64,000 nucleotides of DNA from an uncultured Alphaproteobacteria bacterium (GTDB lineage Bacteria > Pseudomonadota > Alphaproteobacteria > RF32 > CAG-239): NCBI GenBank assembly GCA_944392835.1, contig CALXYB010000003.1, positions 2,179 through 66,178 on the forward strand. Direction: 5' to 3'. The translations under genes were made by a program, and so were the position numbers. A model generated the notes under the pieces. That model did not search any database and was not told the DNA's origin. It saw only the letters and a list, made by a program, of their open reading frames with translations. Position 1 is the stretch's first letter. The number at the start of each line of letters is the position of its first letter. Below are positions 28,085-36,464 of this stretch, one piece after another.

Positions 28085-28705
28085 TTATTGGCTGGCCCAA
28101 ACAATTCGGTGAACAAGGTGAACATCATCAATATTGATAGAAAGTTTTTCCTTGCCGATAATCTCTTTTGTTTCAAGGGTTGTAGCCGTACGGCGGATAA
28201 ATTCGGCAACAACAATCTCATTATTTTTCATAAAGACGACAACGCGATCTCCGCCTCTGATTTCGGATGCCTGAGATAAGATTAAAAGAGTTCCCTCACG
28301 ATAAACGGGAGCAAAATTATCAGTGTTCAAATCAAGTGCATATAAATTATCTTTGCCGTCCGGAAACTGGATTTTTTGCCAGTTATTATTTGAAAAATCA
28401 GCTGAGATAGAGATACGTCCATCACAAAGGTCAGAATAGGAAACATAGGGAATGGAGTGTGTGAGTTTGTCCTCCTCATCATCTGAGACAAGGGCAAAAA
28501 ACTCATCAAAGCTGATATTGCAGACATCAATGATTTTGTTTAGGCTATCAAGCGATGGCCATCTTTTTTTACCATCCGGACGCGTGCGTTTGCTTTTATT
28601 AAAGGTTGTAGAATCAAGTCCGGCTTTTTTGGCCAGTCCGGATGGAGAAAGTCCATTAATTTTAGCTAACTTATCAACAGCTTCCCAAACTTGTTCATAT
28701 TTCAT
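28085..28705 (-). CDS. Phage CI/LexA-like repressor (N-terminal HTH plus C-terminal S24 peptidase-like domain)
   Basis: LSPSGLAKKAGLDSTTFNKSKR is an HTH. The C-terminal beta domain (GDRVVVFMKNNEIVVAEFIRR) is typical of S24 repressors. The gene is divergent from the phage-like genes. Confidence 0.8.
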   Translation of the reverse strand: MKYEQVWEAVDKLAKINGLSPSGLAKKAGLDSTTFNKSKRTRPDGKKRWPSLDSLNKIIDVCNISFDEFFALVSDDEEDKLTHSIPYVSYSDLCDGRISISADFSNNNWQKIQFPDGKDNLYALDLNTDNFAPVYREGTLLILSQASEIRGGDRVVVFMKNNEIVVAEFIRRTATTLETKEIIGKEKLSINIDDVHLVHRIVWASQ

Positions 28706-28861
28706 ATTTCACCTCAAAATCTAAAGATTTCAGCACATAAATAGATTATAAGACATTTTATGTTAGGAATCAAATCTTTTTTTATGTTGAAATTCCTACA
28801 ACTTTATATATAACTTTTAAAAGTTAACATTTGGTTAAGTTGTAATTTGGGGGACTAAAAT
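28706..28861. promoter_or_regulatory. Divergent control region with several symmetric elements
   Basis: Elements seen:
- ACATAAA-N15-TTTATGT (28735-28763);
- TAGGAAT-N21-ATTCCTA (28764-28798);
- direct 9-mers ttttatgtt at 28756 and 28780;
- 16-bp palindrome TAACTTTTAAAAGTTA (28811-28826);
- TTAA-N7-TTAA (28824-28838). Confidence 0.45.
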
Positions 28862-29191
28862 ATGAGGGAAGATTATGAGCCGTTTGATAATGCCGAAGAA
28901 GTATGGTTTTGGTTTTGTCAGTCTTTAGAAGCCAGAGGGGAAGGCCTGCGCTCAAGATGTGATTATTCTGGAAAAATAAGATGCTTGGAGATAGGTGATG
29001 TTGAGAGGATATTGAAAAGAATGCGCGCCAAAAGTGAAGTTAACAATCGCTGTCTGCGCGTGATGTTTAGATGGGGAAGAATAGGCACGCCGCCTTATTA
29101 TGACAAGCGCGCAAAACCAAGCGAAACCAGACTTTGGGAAAACGGAATTTATATTTTTGGTCTCTACCTGCAGGCAAAAGGAATTATATAG
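28862..29191 (+). CDS. Hypothetical early protein
   Basis: 109-aa ORF and the first gene rightward of the control region. I do not recognise a family. Confidence 0.55.
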   Translation: MREDYEPFDNAEEVWFWFCQSLEARGEGLRSRCDYSGKIRCLEIGDVERILKRMRAKSEVNNRCLRVMFRWGRIGTPPYYDKRAKPSETRLWENGIYIFGLYLQAKGII

Positions 29192-29192
29192 A

Positions 29193-29582
29193 ATGAACGA
29201 AAATACAAAGGCTTATGTTGTTTTTACAAATACAACAGGTTTATGGTGGCTAAGGTTTCTAAAATCAGGTTTTAGGCATTGTTATCTTTTGTTTTCAATG
29301 CAAAACGGACGCAAATGGTTGGAGATAAATCCTTATTCCAACCAAGTGGTTATAAGCTTACATAGATTTGATGAACCTCAAAGTATAGAGGATATATTAC
29401 AGATTAGGGGAGATAATTTGTCTTGTGCAGTTCAAATAAAAAATGCGCCGCAAAAATGTGCGCCTTTGGGTTTTTTTACTTGTGTTGAGTTGGTAAAGAG
29501 AGTTTTAGGGATTCATTCGGCAAGAATCATCACGCCGTATCAGTTGTATAAAAAATTAAAAGTTGTAGGAAAAAACTCTTGA
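29193..29582 (+). CDS. Hypothetical early protein
   Basis: Start chosen at MNENTK (ATG 29193), 1 nt after the previous stop. The ORF-track start at 29100 would overlap the previous gene. Confidence 0.5.
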   Translation: MNENTKAYVVFTNTTGLWWLRFLKSGFRHCYLLFSMQNGRKWLEINPYSNQVVISLHRFDEPQSIEDILQIRGDNLSCAVQIKNAPQKCAPLGFFTCVELVKRVLGIHSARIITPYQLYKKLKVVGKNS

Positions 29583-29607
29583 CAAATGATTTTTTTTATG
29601 TTACACC
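29579..29607 (+). promoter_or_regulatory. Candidate promoter (TTGACA, 17-nt spacer, extended -10 TGtTACACC)
   Basis: The TTGACA overlaps the stop of the upstream ORF. The -10 hexamer is weak, but a TG sits at the extended -10 position. Confidence 0.3.
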
Positions 29608-29658
29608 CTAAACATCACTTGCTAGTAGTGTATCTAAAATAAACTGAGCAATGAAAAA

Positions 29659-29688
29659 CAGACCTCCTGATGCGAGGTCTTTTTTTTA
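29659..29688 (+). terminator. Intrinsic terminator immediately upstream of the late operon
   Basis: agacctc ctgatgc gaggtct followed by 7 T, 16 nt before the ATG at 29704. Confidence 0.65.
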
Positions 29689-29703
29689 TGGGGTTTAATC
29701 AGA

Positions 29704-30015
29704 ATGACAACAAAAAAAATAAAAACGCTAAAGGCTCTGAAAAGCAGGCTTCGCAAAACGCTGCCCGAAAAAATTTCTGAGGTCATAGACAGCTATGAAA
29801 ATTTTTCGGAGCAACCCGTTCCGGAAGATGCCAAAGGTTTCAGCGCACATCATTCCGCTTGCAAGTCGGCAGTTGTACATGCCGAAACTCTCCTCAAACT
29901 TGCCGAGTGGACGGATAGCAAAGATACCGATTCGGAGCCTCAAAACGAGAACAAACAACTAATGTCGTTTTTGCAGGAAGCACAAGACGAACTGAGTTCA
30001 GATGATGAAGATTAA
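29704..30015 (+). CDS. Small acidic protein in the terminase small-subunit position
   Basis: 103 aa with a basic N-terminus and an acidic C-terminus. It overlaps the TerL start by 14 nt. The call is positional only. Confidence 0.35.
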   Translation: MTTKKIKTLKALKSRLRKTLPEKISEVIDSYENFSEQPVPEDAKGFSAHHSACKSAVVHAETLLKLAEWTDSKDTDSEPQNENKQLMSFLQEAQDELSSDDED

Positions 30016-31489
30016 TTTTTTTGAGTTTGTGTATGTCTGGTTCAGATTGCAGGGTCTAAGAGTTCCCAAACATCAAAAGAAGATGTCTAAGTGGTTGTCT
30101 TTTTTATGGAACAAAGAGGGTGACCGTCAAGCATTGCTGATGGCTTTCAGAAACTCCGGCAAGTCAACCATTGTCGGTCTTTTTTGCGCTTGGGTTTTAT
30201 ACACCAATCCGTCAATCAGAATTTTGGTTATGGCGGCAGATCATGCTTTGGCAAAAAAAATGGTGCGAAACGTGAAAAGAATTATAGAGCAACATCTGCT
30301 GACCAAGGGGCTTAAACCGCCGCGTTTGGACCAATGGGCATCAGACCAATTTACGGTTTGCCGCGCTTTGGAGCTTCGCGATCCGTCAATGTTGGCAAAA
30401 GGCTTGGGGGCGAACATTACGGGTTTGCGTGCAGACTTGATAATTTGTGATGATGTGGAGGTTCCCAAAAATTGCGATACGCCACTCAAGCGTCAGGAAC
30501 TAAGAGAGAAGTTAAATGAACTTGATTATATTCTAACGCCGAACGGCATGCAGCTTTATATCGGAACACCACATACTTATTATACGATTTATCAGACGGA
30601 AACAGATCCCAAGAAGCCGGATACAGAGCCTTTTTTGCAAGGGTTTACGAAGCTGTTGCTGCCTATCCTAAATACGGAAGGAAAAAGCGCTTGGCCTGAA
30701 AGATTTTCGGAAGAAAAAATTGCCGCTATAAGGATTCGTTCCGGCGAAAATAAATTTCTTTCACAGATGATGTTGCAACCCGTAAACTTCAGGGACAGCA
30801 CATTATCTCCGGAAAGACTTTGTGTTTATGACGGAGAGATAGAGATAACTTTTGCCAACGAACGTGAGATATTAAAAATCGGCGGTAAAAGGATGCTTTC
30901 AGCCTCTTGCTGGTGGGACCCGTCTTTTGCGGCAAAAGAGAAGGGGGACAATAGCGTCATTGCTTGCGTTTTTAGTGATGAAGACGGCAAGTTTTGGCTG
31001 CATGATATGGAGTATATTCGCATCCCTTCAGAGAATGCGGATAATGCGGCCACTTTACAATGCAGCAAAGTTGCGGATTTTTTGGTGCGCAATCACTTAT
31101 CATCTGTTCGGGTTGAGGTAAACGGCATCGGCAGATTTTTGCCGGGGATTCTCAAACAAGTTTTGAAAGAACGCAGGATTCGCGCGGCTGTTTTGGAGGC
31201 TTATTCCAAAGACAACAAACAGCAACGGATTTTAGAGGCCTTTGAGGTTTTATTGGCGGAACGCGCGCTCCATGTTCATCGCAAAATTTGGCAAACGCCG
31301 TTTATTGAGGAAATGCGCGAATGGAGTGTTGACGGAACCTCGCATGATGATGCCTTGGATGCGGTGGCTGGTTGCTTGGCTTCCGAGCCCATACGCATAG
31401 GTTCAACCATTGCCAACACACCTTTGTCAGCAGCCAAGTGGCAAGGAAACTCAAAACAATTTTCGGCAGAAACGAATTTTACTTTATAA
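30002..31489 (+). CDS. Terminase large subunit
   Basis: Walker A FRNSGKSTIVG and Walker B LIICDDVE. The C-terminal RNaseH-like nuclease has WWDPS...SVIAC and HDDALDAVAGCL. Confidence 0.88.
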   Translation: MMKINFFEFVYVWFRLQGLRVPKHQKKMSKWLSFLWNKEGDRQALLMAFRNSGKSTIVGLFCAWVLYTNPSIRILVMAADHALAKKMVRNVKRIIEQHLLTKGLKPPRLDQWASDQFTVCRALELRDPSMLAKGLGANITGLRADLIICDDVEVPKNCDTPLKRQELREKLNELDYILTPNGMQLYIGTPHTYYTIYQTETDPKKPDTEPFLQGFTKLLLPILNTEGKSAWPERFSEEKIAAIRIRSGENKFLSQMMLQPVNFRDSTLSPERLCVYDGEIEITFANEREILKIGGKRMLSASCWWDPSFAAKEKGDNSVIACVFSDEDGKFWLHDMEYIRIPSENADNAATLQCSKVADFLVRNHLSSVRVEVNGIGRFLPGILKQVLKERRIRAAVLEAYSKDNKQQRILEAFEVLLAERALHVHRKIWQTPFIEEMREWSVDGTSHDDALDAVAGCLASEPIRIGSTIANTPLSAAKWQGNSKQFSAETNFTL

Positions 31490-31501
31490 GGAGAAACAAC
31501 C

Positions 31502-31759
31502 ATGTTTTTAGATACCTTTAATTGGGTAACGATGATTGAGATTCCGCTGTTGGCAGCCTTGTTCAAAATCATCTTCAAACAAAAGAAGGATTGTGAAAAC
31601 TCAATCAGCTTTTGCAAGGATGCTCTGGCAGAGTTCAAGTTGCATGTTGCCCGTAACTATGTATCGGTAAATTATCTCAAAGATGTTGAAAACCGCATAA
31701 CCGATCATCTCCTGCGCATAGAAAAGAAACTTGATAATGTGGGGAGAAGCAAAAGATGA
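31502..31759 (+). CDS. Small membrane protein (holin or lysis-accessory candidate)
   Basis: 85 aa with one N-terminal TM and then a coiled coil. Directly precedes, and overlaps, the lysin gene. Confidence 0.4.
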   Translation: MFLDTFNWVTMIEIPLLAALFKIIFKQKKDCENSISFCKDALAEFKLHVARNYVSVNYLKDVENRITDHLLRIEKKLDNVGRSKR

Positions 31760-32172
31760 ACAAAGAGGCAGATATTTTAGCCCGAACCATTTACGGCGAA
31801 GCAAGAGGCGAGAGCATTTCCGGACAGGAGGCAATCGCCTCTGTTGTTTTAAACCGCGTCGCATTTGCCAAAAAGAAGGGGCGCTATTGGTGGGGCAATA
31901 GCATAGCTGGTGTATGTCGGGCTCCAAAGCAATTTTCCTGCTGGAACGCAGACGACCCAAACTGCAAAATCATTAAGAAAGTTGATGAGTCAGATATTGG
32001 TTTTTGCATTTGCAAAAGAATAGCTTTGCGGGCAGTTTCCGGTTTGCTTGAAGATAAAACCAGTGGAGCCACGCATTATCACACCAGAAATCTGCGCCCA
32101 AAATGGTCGGTCGGTAAAATTCCTTGTGCGGAAATCGGCAGTCATATTTTTTATAACGACATTGAGGCATAG
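31756..32172 (+). CDS. Cell-wall hydrolase, SleB/Hydrolase_2 type (endolysin)
   Basis: ARTIYGEARGES...AIASVVLNRV...QFSCWN...ATHYH are hallmark SleB-family motifs. Confidence 0.8.
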   Translation: MNKEADILARTIYGEARGESISGQEAIASVVLNRVAFAKKKGRYWWGNSIAGVCRAPKQFSCWNADDPNCKIIKKVDESDIGFCICKRIALRAVSGLLEDKTSGATHYHTRNLRPKWSVGKIPCAEIGSHIFYNDIEA

Positions 32173-32174
32173 CC

Positions 32175-32492
32175 ATGAACAAATTAATAAACGGCATTTC
32201 TTTTCCGTTCAAGCTCATAGGGGGCTTAAGCCATAAGAGCTTTAGCGGAAGAAAAAACAAACCGCTTTGGCAATCGGCCTTTGGTTGGTCGGTATCCATA
32301 GCTTGGTTTATGGTTATGAGCACAATCTGTTGGGCGGTAATCAGCGGCAATCCTGATGCCTCCGAAATTATTATGGCTATGGTGGAAACTTCGCCTTTAT
32401 GGGGCGTAGCATTAGGTGTTTTGGGTATTGCTTTTGTTAAAAGCGATAATTCACCATCTTCGGCAAGACCGAGAAAGCAAACAAAAAAATAA
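32175..32492 (+). CDS. Membrane protein (holin or lysis-accessory candidate)
   Basis: 105 aa with 2-3 TM segments and a basic C-terminus, adjacent to the lysin. Confidence 0.4.
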   Translation: MNKLINGISFPFKLIGGLSHKSFSGRKNKPLWQSAFGWSVSIAWFMVMSTICWAVISGNPDASEIIMAMVETSPLWGVALGVLGIAFVKSDNSPSSARPRKQTKK

Positions 32493-32518
32493 CTCAAACT
32501 TTATGAAAGGAACAAAAA

Positions 32519-32710
32519 ATGGGAGGATTTAAACCGTCTCGTAAACTTCTTATTTTGCAAATGATAGAGCAAGACCGCAAAAGAAAAGAAGAGCTGGAGC
32601 GCAAACATCGCGGTTATGACAGCTTAGTCAAAACTTCTTATACCGGCATCAAGGAAGAAGAAGATAATGAGAAGAACCCGACAGAACGCAAAAAACTTCT
32701 TGGAGAATAA
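32519..32710 (+). CDS. Small highly charged protein
   Basis: 63-aa Lys/Glu-rich ORF with an RBS, located just before the portal gene. Confidence 0.4.
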   Translation: MGGFKPSRKLLILQMIEQDRKRKEELERKHRGYDSLVKTSYTGIKEEEDNEKNPTERKKLLGE

Positions 32711-32712
32711 AA

Positions 32713-34272
32713 ATGGAAAACGACAAACTAGAAAAATTGGTGGCTCGTTACCAAAAAGCCTCTGAGAAAAAAAGCAACTGGGAAGAACATTGGCGAGAGT
32801 GCTATGAATATGCTTTTCCGCAGCGAGAAAATGTCAGCTCGGAGGGCTTGTCTGAAAATTATGGTGCCAAAAACAATTTGCACTTATATGACGGCACGGC
32901 ACCGGACGCGGTGGACCAGTTGGCTTCATCTTTGCTGGCGGAACTTACGCCGGCCTGGGCAAAATGGTTTGGTCTGAAATCCGGCAGTGAATTGACGGAA
33001 ACGGAAAAAACACAAGTAGCGCCTGTTTTGGAAAAAACCACGGATATTATGCTCCAAAATTTTGAGCACTCAAATTTTGCGGTAGAAATTCACCAATGCT
33101 ATCTGGATTTGGTAACGGCAGGCACGGCTTGCTTAATGTTTGAGGAAGCGCCTTTGGGCGAGGCTTCTGCGTTTCGGTTTTATGCCGTACCCTTAAGAGA
33201 AATAGCCATAGAAGAAAGCGCATCCGGAAAAATTGACACAACATTCAGATGCTCACGCATCAATTTGGGCGGTATCCGAGAGCGTTTTCCGGAAAGCGAA
33301 GTCCCCGCGGATTTCTTAAAGAAAAGCGAGGATGAGCCGGATTATAAAGTTCGCTTGATAGAGGCTGTAACACCGCGTAACGGCAATTGCGGCGCTTGCG
33401 GTTATGATTATACGGCATTTATCTGGGATAGCGATGTTGGTTTTAATTCCGGCTTTATCTTAAGGGAGGGTGTCTTTGAGACATCACCTTTTATCAATTT
33501 TCGTTGGTTGAAAGCCCCCGGAGAGATTTATGGGCGTTCGCCGGTGATGAAAGCTTTGCCGGATATCAAGACCGCAAACAAAGTGGTAGAGCTCATTTTG
33601 AAAAATGCCTCTATTTCTGTAACGGGCATTTGGCAGGCAGATGATGACGGCGTGCTCAATCCGGCAAATATCAAATTGGTTCCGGGAGCCATTATTCCGA
33701 AAGCTGTTGGTTCAAAGGGCTTAACGGCATTGGAAGCCCCCGGAAAGTTTGATGTTTCGCAGCTCGTGCTGGAAGATTTGCGCAAAAGAATCAACCATGC
33801 TTTGTTGGCAGACAGACTGGCAGAGATTAACACGCCGTCTATGACTGCCACCGAAGTCTTGGAGCGTTCGGCAGAAATAGCCCGCATCTTGGGCGCAAGC
33901 TTTGGGCGTTTGCAGTCAGAACTTTTAACACCGCTGCTTAAAAGAGCTTTTTATATCTTAAGAAGACGCGGCGATGTTATGAACTTTGATTTAGACGGCA
34001 AAATTGTTGACCTTCAGTACAAATCTCCTTTGGCAATGTCTCAGGCCAGAAAAGATGTCAACAACGTAACCGAATGGATAACTCAGGCGGCAATGCTTGG
34101 CGCAGATGGTCAAGCCGCCGTAAATATGTTTGAAGCCGCCAAGTGGCTTGGACATACCCTGAATGTTCCGGCTTCTTTGATTGTTGAGGAAAAACCGGCG
34201 ACTGATACAGGTTTAGCAGAGCTTGCGTCAGCCATAACGGGGGAGGCAACACAAGATGCCGGAGTTTTATGA
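32713..34272 (+). CDS. Portal protein, T7 gp8-like head-to-tail connector
   Basis: 519 aa. It has a YGRSP motif. MTATEVLERSAEIARILGASFGRLQSELLTPLL parallels the T7 gp8 segment VTAEEIRYVASELEDTLGGVYSILSQELQLPL as I recall it. Confidence 0.8.
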   Translation: MENDKLEKLVARYQKASEKKSNWEEHWRECYEYAFPQRENVSSEGLSENYGAKNNLHLYDGTAPDAVDQLASSLLAELTPAWAKWFGLKSGSELTETEKTQVAPVLEKTTDIMLQNFEHSNFAVEIHQCYLDLVTAGTACLMFEEAPLGEASAFRFYAVPLREIAIEESASGKIDTTFRCSRINLGGIRERFPESEVPADFLKKSEDEPDYKVRLIEAVTPRNGNCGACGYDYTAFIWDSDVGFNSGFILREGVFETSPFINFRWLKAPGEIYGRSPVMKALPDIKTANKVVELILKNASISVTGIWQADDDGVLNPANIKLVPGAIIPKAVGSKGLTALEAPGKFDVSQLVLEDLRKRINHALLADRLAEINTPSMTATEVLERSAEIARILGASFGRLQSELLTPLLKRAFYILRRRGDVMNFDLDGKIVDLQYKSPLAMSQARKDVNNVTEWITQAAMLGADGQAAVNMFEAAKWLGHTLNVPASLIVEEKPATDTGLAELASAITGEATQDAGVL

Positions 34273-34480
34273 TACCAAGGACATGAGTGAAGAGGAAATC
34301 CGAAACGCTTATGTCAGGTGTTTTGCAAGCAGAGAGGGAAAGATAGTTCTCTCTCATTTAAGAAAAATTACCCTAGAGCGCTATCTCGGGCCGGCCAGTT
34401 CTTCCGATGAACTCAGACATCTGGAAGGTCAGCGGCATTTAGTAAGTTGTATCTTGGCGCTTTCGGGTAATAAATTTTAA
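34256..34480 (+). CDS. Small phage protein (unknown)
   Basis: 74-aa ORF overlapping the portal stop by 17 nt. Confidence 0.45.
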   Translation: MPEFYDTKDMSEEEIRNAYVRCFASREGKIVLSHLRKITLERYLGPASSSDELRHLEGQRHLVSCILALSGNKF

Positions 34481-34507
34481 CAACTTCTTTTTTTGAAAGG
34501 AAAAATA

Positions 34508-35203
34508 ATGAACAAAAAATTTGAAGGAAATCTGATTGAAAAATCACCTTCCGCTCAGGCAGGCAAACCGGCCGGACTTCCGGACAAATTCTGGAATGAA
34601 GAAACCGGTCAGGTAAACCTTGAGGCTTTGATTGAAGACTATAATTATATGGCTTCGCGCGATGATAATTTGGTTGAAATTCACAATCGTAATATGCCGG
34701 AAAGTTATGATAAATATATGGTTAAATTTCCACATCCTTTGCTTGACAGAGATGATGAAATTTTCAAACGCTTTTATGAAAAAGGCTTTACGAACGAGCA
34801 GGCACAGTTGGTTTATGATTTGGCCAACGAAAGAGTCATTCCGGTCCTAGACAGCCTCGCATCGGATTATGAAGCAGAAAGACAACTGGACAAACTCAAA
34901 CGCTATTTCGGTTCAGAGGAAAAATTCAGCGAAGTCTGCCGCCAGATTTCCGTTTGGGCAAAAAGAAACCTGCAAACCGATGTTTATGAGGCTTTGGGCT
35001 CAACCGCGGATGGTGTAATTGCCTTGTATAAGATGATGTCTTCAAATGAGCCGTCTTTGGGCAAAGACAGAGACTTTGGCGAAGACTTAAGCGAGGAAAA
35101 CTTGCGCAAGATGATGGAAGACCCGCGTTATTGGCGAGACAAAGACAAAGCCTATATCGCCAAAATCACCAAAGGCTTTGAAAAACTTTATCCTGAGAAA
35201 TAA
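34508..35203 (+). CDS. Scaffolding protein candidate
   Basis: 231-aa acidic, helical protein between portal and capsid (the T7 gp9 position). ATG at 34508 follows aaagga. Confidence 0.5.
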   Translation: MNKKFEGNLIEKSPSAQAGKPAGLPDKFWNEETGQVNLEALIEDYNYMASRDDNLVEIHNRNMPESYDKYMVKFPHPLLDRDDEIFKRFYEKGFTNEQAQLVYDLANERVIPVLDSLASDYEAERQLDKLKRYFGSEEKFSEVCRQISVWAKRNLQTDVYEALGSTADGVIALYKMMSSNEPSLGKDRDFGEDLSEENLRKMMEDPRYWRDKDKAYIAKITKGFEKLYPEK

Positions 35204-35265
35204 AACCTCAGGATTTTTTTTAATCAAAACAAAATCTTTTTTTTTAATTTTATGGAGAAAAAATA

Positions 35266-36096
35266 ATGTCAACACAAGTAAGTGAATCTTTTATCAAACA
35301 ATTTGAAGCAGATGTTCACCTTTGTTATCAGCAAAACGGTTCTAAGCTGAGAAACACTGTTCGTTATAAGAATGGTGTGAAGGGCTCTTCAACCGTATTC
35401 CAAAAGGTTGGCAAGGGTATTGCTTCTCAAAAAGCGCGCCATGGTTTGGTTCCGGTAATGAGCTTGGATCATTCTCCCGTTGAATGCGAGTTGCAGGATT
35501 ACTACGCCGGCGATTGGGTAGATGCTTTGGACGAGCTCAAATTGAGCATTGACGAGCGCCGGGTTATTGCCAACTCCGGAGCTTATGCTTTGGGCCGCAA
35601 GACAGATGAGCTGATTATCAATGCTTTGGCTCAGGTTGGTCCGGAAAATGATGTCGGTGATTATGCCGAGGTCATGACCAAAAAAGAAATTTTGGATGCT
35701 TTTGCCAAGCTGAATGAAAACGATGTTCCGGATGATGGTCAGCGTTTTGGCTTGGTTGGTCCGCATCAGTGGAATGCTTTGCTCAATATTCAGGAATTTT
35801 CAAATTCGGATTATGCCGGAGATAACTTGCCGTTCTTAAAAGGTACGGAAAGCCGCAAATGGTTGGGTATTAACTGGATTATGCACACAGGTTTGCCGCT
35901 TGATGGCACCAATCGCGATTGCTTCATCTTCCACAAAACCGCAGTCGGACATGCTTGCGGTCAGGAAGTAAAGTCAGACATCAGCTGGCACGGCGACCAT
36001 GCGGCACACTTCGTTAATAATATGATGAGCCAAGGTGCTTGCCTGATTGACGGCACGGGTGTCATCCGCATCAAATGCAAAGAAGCTTCAATTTAG
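35266..36096 (+). CDS. Major capsid protein candidate
   Basis: 276 aa in the gp10 position after the scaffold, with a strong RBS (tggagaaaaaataATG) and a terminator shortly downstream. Family membership is not verifiable by eye. Confidence 0.65.
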   Translation: MSTQVSESFIKQFEADVHLCYQQNGSKLRNTVRYKNGVKGSSTVFQKVGKGIASQKARHGLVPVMSLDHSPVECELQDYYAGDWVDALDELKLSIDERRVIANSGAYALGRKTDELIINALAQVGPENDVGDYAEVMTKKEILDAFAKLNENDVPDDGQRFGLVGPHQWNALLNIQEFSNSDYAGDNLPFLKGTESRKWLGINWIMHTGLPLDGTNRDCFIFHKTAVGHACGQEVKSDISWHGDHAAHFVNNMMSQGACLIDGTGVIRIKCKEASI

Positions 36097-36119
36097 TAGA
36101 ATAAGAAAGGAATAAAACA

Positions 36120-36380
36120 ATGGCATTTAATTCAAAAAACTTTAGCGTAATGGCCTATGCAAATGGTTTCACACTTTGGAACTATCAAACTCCCGATACT
36201 TTGGAAACCGTCAAAGGAGCAGGGTATTTTAATGATGTTTCTGCCTTTGCGCGCAAGGGAGATATGATTTTGGTCGTAGCTAATAATGCGGCCGCTGTTG
36301 CACCGGCAATTTTGAGTGTAACGGATATTGCCGCCGGCTCCGTAACAGTAGCTGACACCATCTCTCAGGCAGCCGCTTAG
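36120..36380 (+). CDS. Small head-associated protein candidate (decoration or cement?)
   Basis: 86-aa ORF with RBS aaaggaa, co-transcribed with the capsid gene ahead of the internal terminator. Confidence 0.4.
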   Translation: MAFNSKNFSVMAYANGFTLWNYQTPDTLETVKGAGYFNDVSAFARKGDMILVVANNAAAVAPAILSVTDIAAGSVTVADTISQAAA

Positions 36381-36418
36381 GTTTATAAAAACAAACGCAT
36401 TATTAGCAAATGATAACC

Positions 36419-36451
36419 GGGAAGTCGCGTAAAAGCGGCTTCCCATTTTTT
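36419..36451 (+). terminator. Internal terminator after the capsid genes
   Basis: gggaagtcgc gtaaaa gcggcttccc (10 bp including one G-U pair) followed by attttttat. Confidence 0.55.
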
Positions 36452-36464
36452 ATGGAGAAACAAA

